Assembly (NCBI RefSeq): GCF_006345805.1
Contig: NC_043002.1
Coordinates: 86,862,001-86,926,000 of the forward strand
Source: Octopus sinensis
Taxonomy: Eukaryota
Direction: 5' to 3'
Length of the DNA: 64,000 bases
The first letter of the stretch is position 1, and each line of letters opens with the position of its first letter. A program made the position numbers and the translations under genes. The notes below the pieces were generated by a model that had not been told where the DNA came from, did no database searches, and saw only the letters and a list, made by a program, of their open reading frames with translations. Below, piece after piece: positions 40,507 to 52,203 of this stretch.

Positions 40507-40900
40507 GTGCACAGGAGTGGCTGTGTGGTAAGTAGCTTGTTTACCAACCACATGGTTCCGGGTTCAGTCACACTGTGTGGCACCTTGGGCAAGTGTCTTC
40601 TACTATAGCCTCGGGCCGACCAAAGCCTTGTGAGTGGATTTGGTAGACGGAAACTGAAAGAAGCCCGTCGTATATATGTATGTTTGTGCATCTGTGTTTG
40701 TCCCCCTAGCATTGCTTGACAACAGATGCTGGTGTGTTTATGTCCCCGTCACTTAGTGGTTCAGCAAAAGAGACCGATAGAATAAGTACTGGTCGTACAA
40801 AGAATAAGTCCTGGGGTCGAGTTGCTCGATTAAAGGCGGTGCTCCAGCATCGCCGCAGTCAAAATGACTGAAACGAGTAAAAAAAAGAAAAAGAAAAAGA
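40507..40900 (+). mobile_element. SINE family A, full length, young
   Basis: Intact A/B boxes, CpG-rich, A-rich tail. Confidence 0.92.
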
Positions 40901-41149
40901 GGGTATGCATTGTCCCATCGATGCCTTTTTTTCTCATTTCATTGATATTTTTAATTTACATGCAAATTCAAAATTAAATCATTGTGAAAAGTTTAAACAA
41001 TGATCTCCAAACAATTTTTACAATAAAAATAAATTGTCCCAATATTATTTGGAGTTACACATTACCAGTTCCATAGAATAGAGCAACAGTTAAGTTACAA
41101 TAAATTTGAATGGAAAATATTGCTTAAGTTAGAGTTTTAATTTTAAAAT

Positions 41150-41295
41150 ACAGTAGCTTGCAAAATCAGTAGAGCATCGGACAAAATGTCTTGTGGTATT
41201 TGTTTTCGCTATTTATATTGAGTTCAAATCTTGCTTAGATTAATTTTGCATTTCATCTGTCAAGGGTCAATAAAATGAAATACCAGTCAAGTAGT
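41150..41295 (+). mobile_element. SINE family C, degenerate
   Basis: tagcttgcaaaatcagtagagcatcggacaaaatg...gagttcaaatc...taccagtc. Confidence 0.65.
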
Positions 41296-41714
41296 GATGT
41301 CAATTCAATCAACAACAAATTTCAGTCCTTGTGCTTTTATTAGAAACAATTGCTTAGTTATGCTGCAAGTTTTTATCCTATCAAGGTCAATTGTTTATTT
41401 CTTCTTTTCAATGTTGAAAAAACAAATACCAGTAATACAGAATTGGATTTCCAGAAGGACAAAGAGCCAAACTGACACCAGCAACATACAACATAAAGAA
41501 CCATATCACATACCCCAAAGCCTTTTGGTTGACATTTCACTGTTTCTGCAAGTCACTGTGTATTTTCAAATTAAAATTCACTTTACTGTTCATTGTTTTT
41601 ATTTTCTGTTCAAGCTTTTAAATTGTTCATTAGTTACAGATGCAATATGCAAGTTAAAATATACACGGGACTATCAATTTATATAAAAATAAATAACAAA
41701 TTCTTACAATGCAA

Positions 41715-43281
41715 ACAATATACAATTCTTGCTTTATTCTTATTAGAATAAAGCTTTTAAAATGGATAGAGAAATCCAAAGGGTTGCTTTGATACAATGG
41801 ACATCTGTCATGTTTGCAGAAAATGTGGGTTTGAGTCCCATGAGCAGCCTTCTACTTTTTCCATCCAAGAGGATTCTTTTTAACCCTAATATTTACATGC
41901 TGTTATCTATAGCTTAATCTACTTTGAATTTCACAGTTAACCTTTAGCACACTGTAGGCGCATCATGTCACCATACAGGGCAGTGGCAGAGAAAACAATT
42001 CTAGAGAAAATGCAGTGTGTTTAAGGTTAAAAGCAATTTACTTCACATCTCTCAAAAATTCCAAATTCTTATGACATAAACAATAAATATATATTTAAGT
42101 TATCAAAAAGAGAAAAGATAAAATAACTCAATAAGCAATTTACTATATTTTTCCCGCTGTCCAAATTTCCGGCCTTGGGATTATCATTAGCAGAAGTATT
42201 AAAACAAATTTTTAGCAATTTAAAACAATTTTATTTACAATGGCTGAAGTATAAAAGCATCAAAACATTTGAACTAACAAGAGAAAAAAAAAATTATCCA
42301 GAAGTTCATTTGTGATTAAGAGTCTCTACAAGAAAAATGGCAGTTGAGTAAAATCACAGAGCTATGAAAGACTTCTCCAGTCTATATATTAAATATGTCA
42401 AAACTACAAAAGACAGAGGAAAAGATAAGAATTAAAATACCAAAACTTCATGCAGAAATCAAATTAGGGGAAAAAAAGTGTCAAATATTTTATAGATTTT
42501 AAATGCAAATGAGACTAATGAATTTATCATATATATGATATATAGATATACAATATGATATATACATACATAAATACATACATATATATATATATATATT
42601 TAAAGGAAATATGTAAAGATGTTTTGTTAGTGTACAGGTATTTTAAGATGAATTTCTATATATCTGTAAGATAAGTTAGTAAATATATTACGCACAAGAT
42701 GTGGGATATTTGATATAGAAACACGTGTTGGTTTTTTTTTTCATGTTTTCACATTGTGCACATAATACATGTCATGGCTGTTGGGTACAGAGATAGTAGT
42801 GAAATGAGTTATGGAGGTAAGATGGGGAGAACATGCCAAAGCCTAAGAATGAGGAGAACTAGTTAGTAAATGAGTAAGTATTTCTTCAAACTAATGGTTG
42901 ATGCCATGAAATTTAAAAGTATATATCTATATATATATATATTCATTTTTTTCAGTGGATTTTCCATTGTTTACAATAAGGAAATACCTGAGAATAATGT
43001 CGACACCTGACAGCATTGAGAGAAGCATTTGATGAAAAAAATTTTTAATAATAATTTTTAAATAATAATTTCAAGAACTAATCTGATTCTGGTTGGCTCA
43101 TTGTCATCCAAAGTCTAGAACAGTGCTTTCCAAGCAGTCTATCCTTGTGAAATCAGCTGATGCTAGAACATTTTGTCTCATTTCTCAGATCTGAAGATTC
43201 CAATTAAAAATATTTTGATTGTACATGTTCACGCTGACATGCAAGCCCAAATATTTTTATACTTAATGGCTATAGAATATT

Positions 43282-43346
<65 letters not shown>

Positions 43347-44816
43347 TGTGTGTGGGATTTCATTTTTAGTGAAATAACATTGTGTTGCCATTCTTAAAAG
43401 GTTGAAAAGTACTGCTCTAGTATTAGAATCTAACAAAAGACAACTACAAGTCATTTCTTAACAAATAAAAGAGACTACTGCATGCACTGGCAGTTCTTAA
43501 GAGAAGTAAATGAAAACTGGAGTTCTTCTCTGCTGCATCATTATTAATCATGGCTAATAAAGCAGAATTGTAGACAATGTAAGCTAACAAATAGCAGTCT
43601 ATCACATCGTACTCTGCCACTAACCTGCTACCTTATTATATGAAAGAATTACATTGTGAAAAGGCAAACATTTAAAAGAGCACTTTGTACTAGAAACTAA
43701 ATTGATAGCTGAGTAAAACATTCTAAATTAATTTATTAGTATAATCTATAAGGTCAACAGGAGTAAAAAATTGTTTTTTTCAAATACTTCCAGCAGCATT
43801 TAATATGTAATCCAAGTACATGGAGTGAACTCCGATGAATTAGTTCTAAGTCATGCATTGAGAAAAATAAAATATAAAAATACCGATTTCAATAAAATGG
43901 AGTAGAAACAAAATTTGAATGAAAAAAAAAATGAAGAAATACTTAATAAAATGTTAATAACTTCTGATGAGAAAAAAGATAATTTTTTTTTATGCAGAAG
44001 CAATAAATGGTAGTCTCAACAATGCTGGAAACACTGACCCAATGAATGGGCAGTCAATAGAGATTGACATAAAATGGCAAGAAACGAACATATTAATAAG
44101 AATTATTATGTATAGATTTTTTTTTTAATCAGCAACCTGGTTTTAATTTCCAGTTGTAGATACTCCCCTTTTCACACTGTTTGCCAACCCCCTTGAAAAA
44201 GGCATGAAAGTCAATTTGTTATAACACCCATCCACCCATACCCATGTTTTTGCCTACATAAGAAATCAATGTTTACTACAAGTAGCTGTTCACAAGCAAT
44301 TGATGGACTTTAATTTCAGCTTAAACATCAATATTTCTGTTGAAGCATTATATATACATGTGTGTGTGTGTGTGTACATGTATTTCTTTGTATGCTTATG
44401 TCTATGTGCATCCACATTTGTCATTCTTTCTGAATTCCTCTCTAAGTATTTGATGAGTTATTTTTAAAGAAAGTTTAAAATATTTAATATTGTAAAACTG
44501 AATGTGATTAACCCATACATGCCAGGTAGAAATGCTCTCTTTTCTTTTTTTTTCATTTTTATAACACTAGTCATAATATGTTCATGCCACTTTATAAAAG
44601 CTACATGTTAAAGTTTGTGAGAAATGAAATTGATATAATGTGTGTAGAATTATGTGACCAATGTTTGGAAAATCTCACCGAGAGAAAATTAAAAAAAAAA
44701 AAAAACAATTCCCCAAAATCTCTACAATTTCTGACAGATTAGGATAATGAAACCTGCCCATCAGGATCCATAAAATTTACAATGCTACACAATTACATGT
44801 TTGTTTTTTGGTCTTA
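41715..44816 (-). other. Probable ~3 kb 3' UTR of the PAR-bZIP gene
   Basis: Repeat-free after the stop; AATAAA on - strand at 42230-42235 and 41733-41738, the latter followed by GU-rich sequence. Confidence 0.4.
43287..43342. repeat. (TA)n microsatellite in the probable PAR-bZIP 3' UTR
   Basis: Pure TA run of about 56 bp. Confidence 0.95.
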
Positions 44817-45086
44817 TTACTGACAACTGTACTTGCTCAGTTGTTTTCGCAGGAAATCATTGTCACTTTTAAGAGTATCTTTCTCTTTCTTGATCTGAGT
44901 CATATCCTTGAGAACTTTAGCCATTTTCTCTCGCAAGTTTTGGTTCTCACTTTCCAGAAAGTTGGCTCTCAATGCAATTTGATTCTCCTTCACACGGCGT
45001 GCATCACGAGACCGTTTTGCAGCAATATTGTTCTTTTTGCGCCGTGCCCAGTATTTTTCATCTTTTCTTTCAAGAGGTACAAATAT
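44817..45086 (-). CDS. HLF: PAR-bZIP last exon E (basic region + leucine zipper)
   Basis: attcctttcag|ATA TTT GTA... = [51 protein letters not shown]...LSKYSCQ*; canonical PAR basic region; TAA TAA tandem stop. Confidence 0.97.
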   Translation of the reverse strand: MFVPLERKDEKYWARRKKNNIAAKRSRDARRVKENQIALRANFLESENQNLREKMAKVLKDMTQIKKEKDTLKSDNDFLRKQLSKYSCQ

Positions 45087-45471
45087 CTGAAAGGAATAAT
45101 AAAAAGAAAATCTTAAATTAAATGGAAAACAAAATTGTCTGTACATAAAGGGTGGTACCCCAATGTGACTACAGTCAACTGGTTGAAACCACCAAAAGCA
45201 TAAGAAAATATCAAACTCAATGATATACTTAACAATGAGACTTATAAATCAATAAAAGCTGAATAACAAGGTGGGTAAAATGTAAGCTATTTTTTCTCTT
45301 CTACAAGAACCTGGCCTGCTCCTACATATACTTTAGCCCCTTATCCATGTGGCATAAAGCTGACTCGGTTTAAAGAAAGGCTAGAAATAGGTATTTGTGG
45401 GGGAGCAAGATGGGTGTAAATGAAAGTGTAGGGAGTACATTTGTGCAGGTAACTGAGGAAGGGCATTGGAG

Positions 45472-45502
<31 letters not shown>

Positions 45503-45934
45503 GAGAGCAATGACTTCAGAAGGAGCAGAATGTGAGGCATGGTGGAAGGAACAAAAAAGATGACAGGGATATGCTGGGGTAGTGTCAGGAGTAGAGTGAT
45601 TGACAATGGCAGAAGTGGCCAAAGGAAGAGCTAGGTGGGTGAACAGAGCAAGAATATGATGAGAAAAGACAAGGCTATTGGAAGTGAAGATAGAGGAGGG
45701 GAGTGTTGGGTAATAAGAGGAGTAGAGACAAAGTTAGAGGTGGGAGATGAGATCTTTAAAATGGCAAAAAATTATTTTATTAAATTCATTCAAATTCTTG
45801 ATTGTTTCTAACTTGACTGAAATCTATAGGAATATTGTTTCTAATAAAGATACAAAGCCTAAGGTGGTGAGCAAGCAGAACTGCTACCACACTGGACCAA
45901 ATGCTAAATGCTATTCCTTTTGGCTTGTTACATA

Positions 45935-46270
45935 TTAAGTTCAAAACATCACCGAGGTTAACTTTGTCTTTATTCCTTTCAGGATCAATAAAATAAGTAC
46001 CAGTTCCATCCTGATGTTCATGTAATCAACTTTCCTCTCTCCTCAAAATTGCTGGCCTTGAACCAAAATTAGAAAGAAATGTAGGTGCAAGGCTTGAAAT
46101 TTGTGTGGAGGTGCCTGGTTGATATCATTGACTTCATTATTTGACTGCTACTAAGAGACTTCAAAGGGATAAAAAGCAAAGTCAACCTTAGTAAGATTTG
46201 AACCCTGAATGTAAAGGGGCAGAGAAAATGCTGTAAGGCATTTTGTCCAACACTCTGCCAATAATTCTGC
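45935..46270. mobile_element. Two family C SINE fragments in inverted orientation (45935-46075 +, 46160-46270 -)
   Basis: aagttcaaaac..gaggttaactttgtctttattcctttc versus gggataaaaagcaaagtcaacctta..gatttgaacc. Confidence 0.7.
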
Positions 46271-46329
46271 CAGTCCACCACCACCACCCGAAAACCAACA
46301 AAAATGTGAATGTGAAAGAGTTAACTTAC

Positions 46330-46412
46330 TTTCTTAGATTTTTTGACAAGTGGTTGAGGCTTCAGTTCATCTGATGAAAATTTTCGCTTGGCAGGGTCAA
46401 AACCATTTTTAC
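46330..46412 (-). CDS. HLF: PAR-bZIP exon D (PAR/basic extension)
   Basis: aatttcag|GT AAA AAT... = (G)KNGFDPAKRKFSSDELKPQPLVKKSKK; matches the PAR motif FDPRKRKFSEEELKPQPMIKK; donor AAA|gtaagt; 83 nt, phase 1->0. Confidence 0.95.
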
Positions 46413-46706
46413 CTGAAATTTAAAGAAAGTCATTCAATAATTAACATATATCAATGACATTGCTGAAAGTGCATAAAATATTGCTGGAAGATACGATACT
46501 GAAAGATATCAAATGAGAAAATACAAAGAAATTGCTTTGTAAATTTTGTCTGAGTCTTGATACCTAAATAATTGATCATCTATATAAAACTTATCTAGGT
46601 AGACAAATTGTGTAGGCTTGTAGGATACTGAACCACCAGATCCTGAATTCATATTTGCTGTTTTATTATGCAAGATTGTTAATACTATATTCTTCAGTTT
46701 ACTTAC

Positions 46707-46760
46707 CTGTTGAGAATACCCACAGATCAACTTGGATTATTACCTACGATAAATTTTCAG
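46707..46760 (-). other. Candidate 54-nt poison exon in PAR-bZIP intron C-D
   Basis: CATTTCTTTCTAG|CTGAAAATTTATCGTAG...CTCAACAG|GTAAGT; stops in all three frames. Confidence 0.35.
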
Positions 46761-46860
46761 CTAGAAAGAAATGTTTATCTCATTGGCTTAATGCTATAGA
46801 TTATGAAACTTATGTTAACCTTATGTTAAAATAGGTAGATATAGTTTTAGACATGTATAT

Positions 46861-47280
46861 GCATTCTTCGCTGCCATCGGGTGGATTGAGTTGGCACCGC
46901 CAATCTCCGACTTCACCTGTCTCTGCGGCCCCTCCCATCTGTCCTTCTGCAACGGTGCTTGCGGTGGTTTGGCCATGCATGTAGGCGTCTGGTGGGTGAA
47001 CTGAGCCGTGATGTCCTTCTTCCAACTCCACTTCCCAACTGGTGGAAACGTGCAGGTGAGCAGCTGAAGACCTGGGCTACGACGATCAAGGAGGACCTCT
47101 CCGTGCTCACGGGTCCGCAGGTGGTTGGCCTGCGCCGATGGAACTGTGACTGGCTCGCTATCTCCAGTGAACTGGTGCAGGACCGTCGTGCGTGGGTTGC
47201 CATGGTTCGAGATGCCTCGAGGGTGGTAGAAGAGGCCGACTCAACCCGCCCAGGGTGAATGTCGCCACAAGTAATTAAGT
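46861..47280 (+). mobile_element. 5'-truncated RTE-clade LINE (RT C-terminus + tail), antisense in PAR-bZIP intron
   Basis: LRWFGHA...KTWATTIKEDL...LVQDRRAW motifs, upstream in-frame TGA, CAAGTA tail; near-perfect 10-bp TSD ACATGTATAT (46851-60) / ACACGTATAT (47281-90). Confidence 0.88.
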
Positions 47281-48071
47281 ACACGTATATAATAGTGATT
47301 CAGAATAGTATAAGATAAACTGGGTTTGTGTAAAACTCTAAGGAGCTGAATGGCAAAATAATATTTAATAATCTTTGGAGTATTCAACTGTCCTGGTATT
47401 GATAAGGTAAAAAGTCAATCTGTTGTTAATAATCGTGATGCATTTGTGTATATCTAGTGTAGGTACCTCTATAAATCCACTCAGGATAACCTGCAAAGTA
47501 ATTGATGAATGATTGGAGGTGTGCAATTAAGAGGACCTTTTAATCTCGTTAATGATATGATAACCTCTCTAGTGCTAATGCCATGATAAAATGCATGCAA
47601 TACACTCTATAAAGTGGTTGCTGTTTGGAAGGACATCTAGACATAGAAACCAAGCCAAAATTGAAATTGCATGTGCAAGACATGGTTCTCCAACCCATGT
47701 CAGCACAGAAAATGAATACAAAATGATGATGATGGTGTGCACTAATAACCTTCATCCTGTTAAATTTATATTCACCTGTCAATAGATATTTTCTAAGCTA
47801 TCCTCTAACATAGTTTGCATTTGGTATACAGTTGTTTGCGAATGAGGATGACGATGATGAAATGTGTGGCAATATTCATTTGTTAGAGGAATGGTAGAGC
47901 AAAATATAGCTTGCTGTTAACATTTAAATCCACACTTCTTTTAGATAATATTTTACAATGAAATGCAGAGGAATAACATGCAGTCTTAGTTCTGGCTCTT
48001 TGCATCTCTAGTTCAGACTGCTCCAAGGTTAATATTTCCTTTCATCCTTTCAAGATGAATAGCAAAAATAC

Positions 48072-48182
48072 CAGTTCTGTTAAGATACTGATATCGGTTC
48101 TGGATCTTTGGGTATTCGCGGCACCAACTGCAATGACACTGGCGACAAGTTGTACTGGCCCTTGCCTTTCCCTTAGATAATA
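48072..48182 (-). other. Candidate 111-nt in-frame cassette exon (Cys-rich) in PAR-bZIP intron C-D
   Basis: tttcttattttcatgccaccag|TA TTA TCT...AGA ACT G|gtattt; phase 1->1, open frame. Confidence 0.25.
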
Positions 48183-48587
48183 CTGGTGGCATGAAAATAA
48201 GAAATTTGCATGCATGGACAACTGTTGGTCTTCTATGAAAAGCCTTGTCCAGATTTGTGACCAAAAGAGGAACTTTCAAGGAGCATGGTATCATGAGATA
48301 TATGGAAAACACGAATAAAGCAATCTAAAGACGTAGACTGTGAAAAGACAAATTATATGTTGGGATTTAAGAAAGAATAACTAAAAATTATTGGCTTAAA
48401 TATTTCAAAACTGTGAGGAATAAAATAAGCAGTTGGAAAATCAACTTGAATGATTTCAAGGAATCTTTGTCTCTATCTGGAGACAGTTCTAGAGTTTGAT
48501 TCCAAGATTTCTTAGAAGATTTTTGCCGCTGAGATATTCCTTTTCAAATAAAATTAACATACACAAGGAAAAAGAATTTATTTTTAC

Positions 48588-48725
48588 CTGGAACCTGAGA
48601 TCTGCCAGGTTTTGGTGGCTCAAATACATCAGAATTACAATTACTATCATCATCATCATCCTCATCATCATCCTCATCCTCATCCTCATCCTCATCCTCA
48701 TCATCTTCTTGATCATCATCATCTT
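48588..48725 (-). CDS. HLF: PAR-bZIP exon C (poly-Asp/Glu tract)
   Basis: ttctttgtag|AA GAT GAT... = (E)DDDDQEDDEDEDEDEDEDDDEDDDDDSNCNSDVFEPPKPGRSQVP(G); ends with an S-x-VPG motif like PAR 'LSSIPG'; donor G|gtaaaa; 138 nt, phase 1->1. Confidence 0.8.
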
Positions 48726-49859
48726 CTACAAAGAACCGAATGTAAAATGTGTAACAGCACAGCATATTAATCTGCTGACAATTGAATAAATCAAATAGAA
48801 TGAGGACACTAATGTAGGCCAGTGTAATACCAGTGGACACTGACACATTGGTTGGCTTGGATTTGAGTTCAAGACCCTTAAAAATATACACTCAGCTGGC
48901 GACAAGACAAGTTTAAATATTTGATTTTTTGATAAAAAATATATTCCTCATAGAATGACTCAGAAATGACTAACACAAGAACACAAAAAACTACAGCCTT
49001 CACATGATTCTCTTTAACATATTATATGCCACTCATCATAAATAGTTATGCCACTCAGTAACTATTTTGTGACCATATATCTCATGAAATACATTGTCAA
49101 TGTATTTTAATGAAAATAATCAAGAATTTAGAGCGAGGTTGAGGGGTTTAATAAAGTAACTAACTTTGATGTTGTTGATATTTGGATATAACTTATAACA
49201 AGAGTCATATATAAGATTATAGTGGGAGTTTAAACATGAATGTTTTCAAATGAGATGTTATCTATTTTTTTTTTTATGATAGAATCAAATGGAGTGGTGG
49301 TCTCAGGTGGGCTGATATTAAAAGGATTCAATGTAACGAAAAAGAAAAGAAAAAACATTAACAAGCAATAGAAACAGCCTATTGAAGAAATTATTTTACT
49401 TCAATATTAGAGGGTTAGTTACTTAATATTGATGAAGTCTTTTGTTGTTTTTTTTTTTTTTTTGCATGTCACCTAACAATAGAAGTGTTTGAACAATTAC
49501 ATCCATTTATGGTGTCAATATTTGATGTTTTTAAACTTGTACTTAATCACTGTAGACTTAATACACACACACACACCTTCATACAAATACACAAACATTC
49601 ACGACTGCATCCAAGAGAAAGCTGTATGCTTAAAATACATGTCTTAAATCCTTAAGCATTGTAAAACTATTAACTCTGAGTAAAGTGGCATCTCTCTTTG
49701 ATCTTTTACCCTGCTTTTACAAAAGTCTGTGCTCATCCAACAGTATAATTTTCTTTGTCAGACATAGGGGAGGCACTTATCTATTTTCATTCTGTTATCA
49801 TTGCTGATGATTACCCTCCAGATGAACTCCAAATTAAATTGATAAAATAGAACCAAACA

Positions 49860-50342
49860 AGAGTGGTAGACTGGCAATTCTGTAAGAATCTGGGCATGGA
49901 CACATTGAAACTCCGACGTCTGGTAGCTGACTTGGCAGACACCCATAAAATTATTAACTATCTTACAAACAATAACTCTGAGCACATTTTCAAACTCCAC
50001 CTGTCTAACACCCGTGGACATGTTTACAAAGTCAGAAAACAGCACAGCTCCCATGACTTTCGGAAGCATTTTTTCACGCGAAGAGTTGCAGAAGCATGGA
50101 AAAGACTGCCAGCATCAGTTGTTAGTTGTCAGAGCACTGCATCCTTGAAAACTTCCATGCTTCCTGAGATTCGCCAACACTACACCTGATTTTCTCCCCT
50201 CCATACACACGCAAGCATGTATCTGACTCAAACACTGTTCGATTTCCAAACATTTGTACATTAAGGCACATGCTTTATATGCACTTTTTGACAAGTTGTG
50301 GTGCACCTGAGCACTGTATACAATAATTTCATTATTATTTTA
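49860..50342 (+). mobile_element. 5'-truncated CR1-type LINE 3' end
   Basis: TLKLRRL..DL..THKI..TRGHVYKV..RKHFFTRRVAEAWKRLPASVV, followed by 3' UTR and (ATT)n tail. Confidence 0.88.
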
Positions 50343-50417
50343 ATGTCAGGCTGAATGCCTTGCATTCTGGTTCTTTGTATTCAATTCAACTGTAGCCTAC
50401 CTAAGTTATTGACTTAA

Positions 50418-50637
50418 CTCTTTAGCATTCAAACTGGCCATATCCAACCCAATTATTCTATCTATTTTAGGTTTAAATTAGCCAAATTCAACCTCTCACA
50501 CCTACCTTACAATATTATCCTAAAAATAAACAGTCATATCATCAAAATCATGAAACTATGAGATAATACATGATTAATTCAAAACAGTGTTAATAAATAT
50601 AAATTACAATCAACAGAGTAAACTGAATGCTAAAGGA
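50418..50637. mobile_element. piggyBac-like MITE, second subfamily
   Basis: TTAA|CTCTTTAGCATTCA ... TGAATGCTAAAGGA|TTA; same terminus seen at ~35215 and ~35990. Confidence 0.65.
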
Positions 50638-51588
50638 TTACTCTGTTATCCAGCTTAATGTCATTACCTGCTACTTTGGATACCTTTTGTGAAGTTCATT
50701 CTATCAAAAGTAATCAAGCTAGGTCTCTAGTTTGACGGTGCCTTACCAATTCCCACCAGTCTTGGGGGCTCTGTAAAGGATGATGGCAATGCCTTCCCTC
50801 CTAACTTAAAGATAAAAAAGGTACTTTTCCTAAACCTTACTTTCTGAGAGCTGAATTATGGAGAAACTCACCTTCTCCCTAACAATGTTTCCATTTTTAA
50901 AAAACACGGTCAGCTTTGTCATCATCATTTAATATCTATACTCCATGCTGGCATCAGTTGGACATTAGTATGTAATTAATTTTCACCATTAAGCATAAAC
51001 ACCCAACTTATTTCCTCAGTTACTACATATAGTCAAGGGGAATCAAAAGTGATTTCTGGCTATGCTCTATTTCTTCAAAGATAAAATAGTATAAAAATCT
51101 TAGACTCACTCAGTAAGTAAATATACTCTGTCTCCTCTACTTTCTACTACCACTCTAATGGCCTCTGCCTCTCAGCTGGCAGGCCTCATGCCACTTCCAT
51201 TCTGCCATTCCTGATTCCCTCATTTCCCCTCCCTTCTTATCATCTGTGTTGTAGTCAATCCCATTCCTAGGTCCTGCATCAATCAATATACTTAATCCAT
51301 TCATCTCAGAGCTTCAGTTCTCTAGAACTCCTTCCTTGCTCGTATTTTTTCTACAGTTGTTGGCTTACAATAATCCAAAAGGAACATTAACAGTATCAGT
51401 CTTCATTCAAACCCATTGTATAAGAAAAAAAAAAATACCTGTCCATCTGAATTGGTGAATTCAGTTGATTATTACTGCTTAGCTGACATGAAGACAGCAT
51501 TAAGTGAAGAAAAACATTCTTTTGACAAGAATTTCACTAAACCAAGAAGAAACATCATGTATGTTACCATCAGAATAGGGGAGCTCAC

Positions 51589-51663
51589 CTGGTATTAATT
51601 CATTGTCTTCTTGTTTGTATGCGGTAGAGTCTGAGGAAACACTGTGAAGATCCTCGTCTTTGA
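51589..51663 (-). CDS. HLF: PAR-bZIP exon B
   Basis: ttctccctttcttcag-type pyrimidine acceptor then TC AAA GAC... = (V)KDEDLHSVSSDSTAYKQEDNELIP; donor G|gtgagc; 75 nt, phase 1->1. Confidence 0.8.
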
Positions 51664-52203
51664 CTGAAGAAAAGGGAGAAAAAAAATGCAAATATATATT
51701 TATAATGAAATCTTGAGAGAGTGAAGGAAAAACAGCTGATGAGTCTAGACACAGAAACATATATTTATTTCTCACAGATAAATTAACATTTTATGACTAT
51801 ATCATTAGACTGGTGGTTCTTAACCAGAGTGGTAGTGCCCTCATGGGTAGAGAGTGAGTTCATGGGGGTTGAAATAAAGGGGGCACAGTGTTTAGAGAAA
51901 GGGAGGATCAGGATTTCCTTCAGTACGTGTGTATGTGTGTGTAATACACACACACACACACACACACATATATCCTAGACTTTTTGCACACTACATCCAC
52001 CATTATGAGCATTACAGCTATTACATAATTCCAAGCTGTCAGAAACAGTTGTCAGGCTTGAATTACCTTACTTTCTCCACTTAGTTTTCTGTATATTTTG
52101 TACTCCATGTAAATTTCTTTTGCAAATATATAAATATCTATATGCTTATACATGAGTGTTCATCTTCTGAATATTTTCAATTTTTTATTGTCCCTTTCTT
52201 GAT

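Noticed and set aside
48489-48789. Poly-Met/Arg and poly-Ile ORFs
   Set aside because: Alternative frames or strand of the (GAT/GAG) repeat in exon C
51735-51765. Hammerhead CTGATGA...GAAA
   Set aside because: No stem II closing at GAAA and no stem I/III
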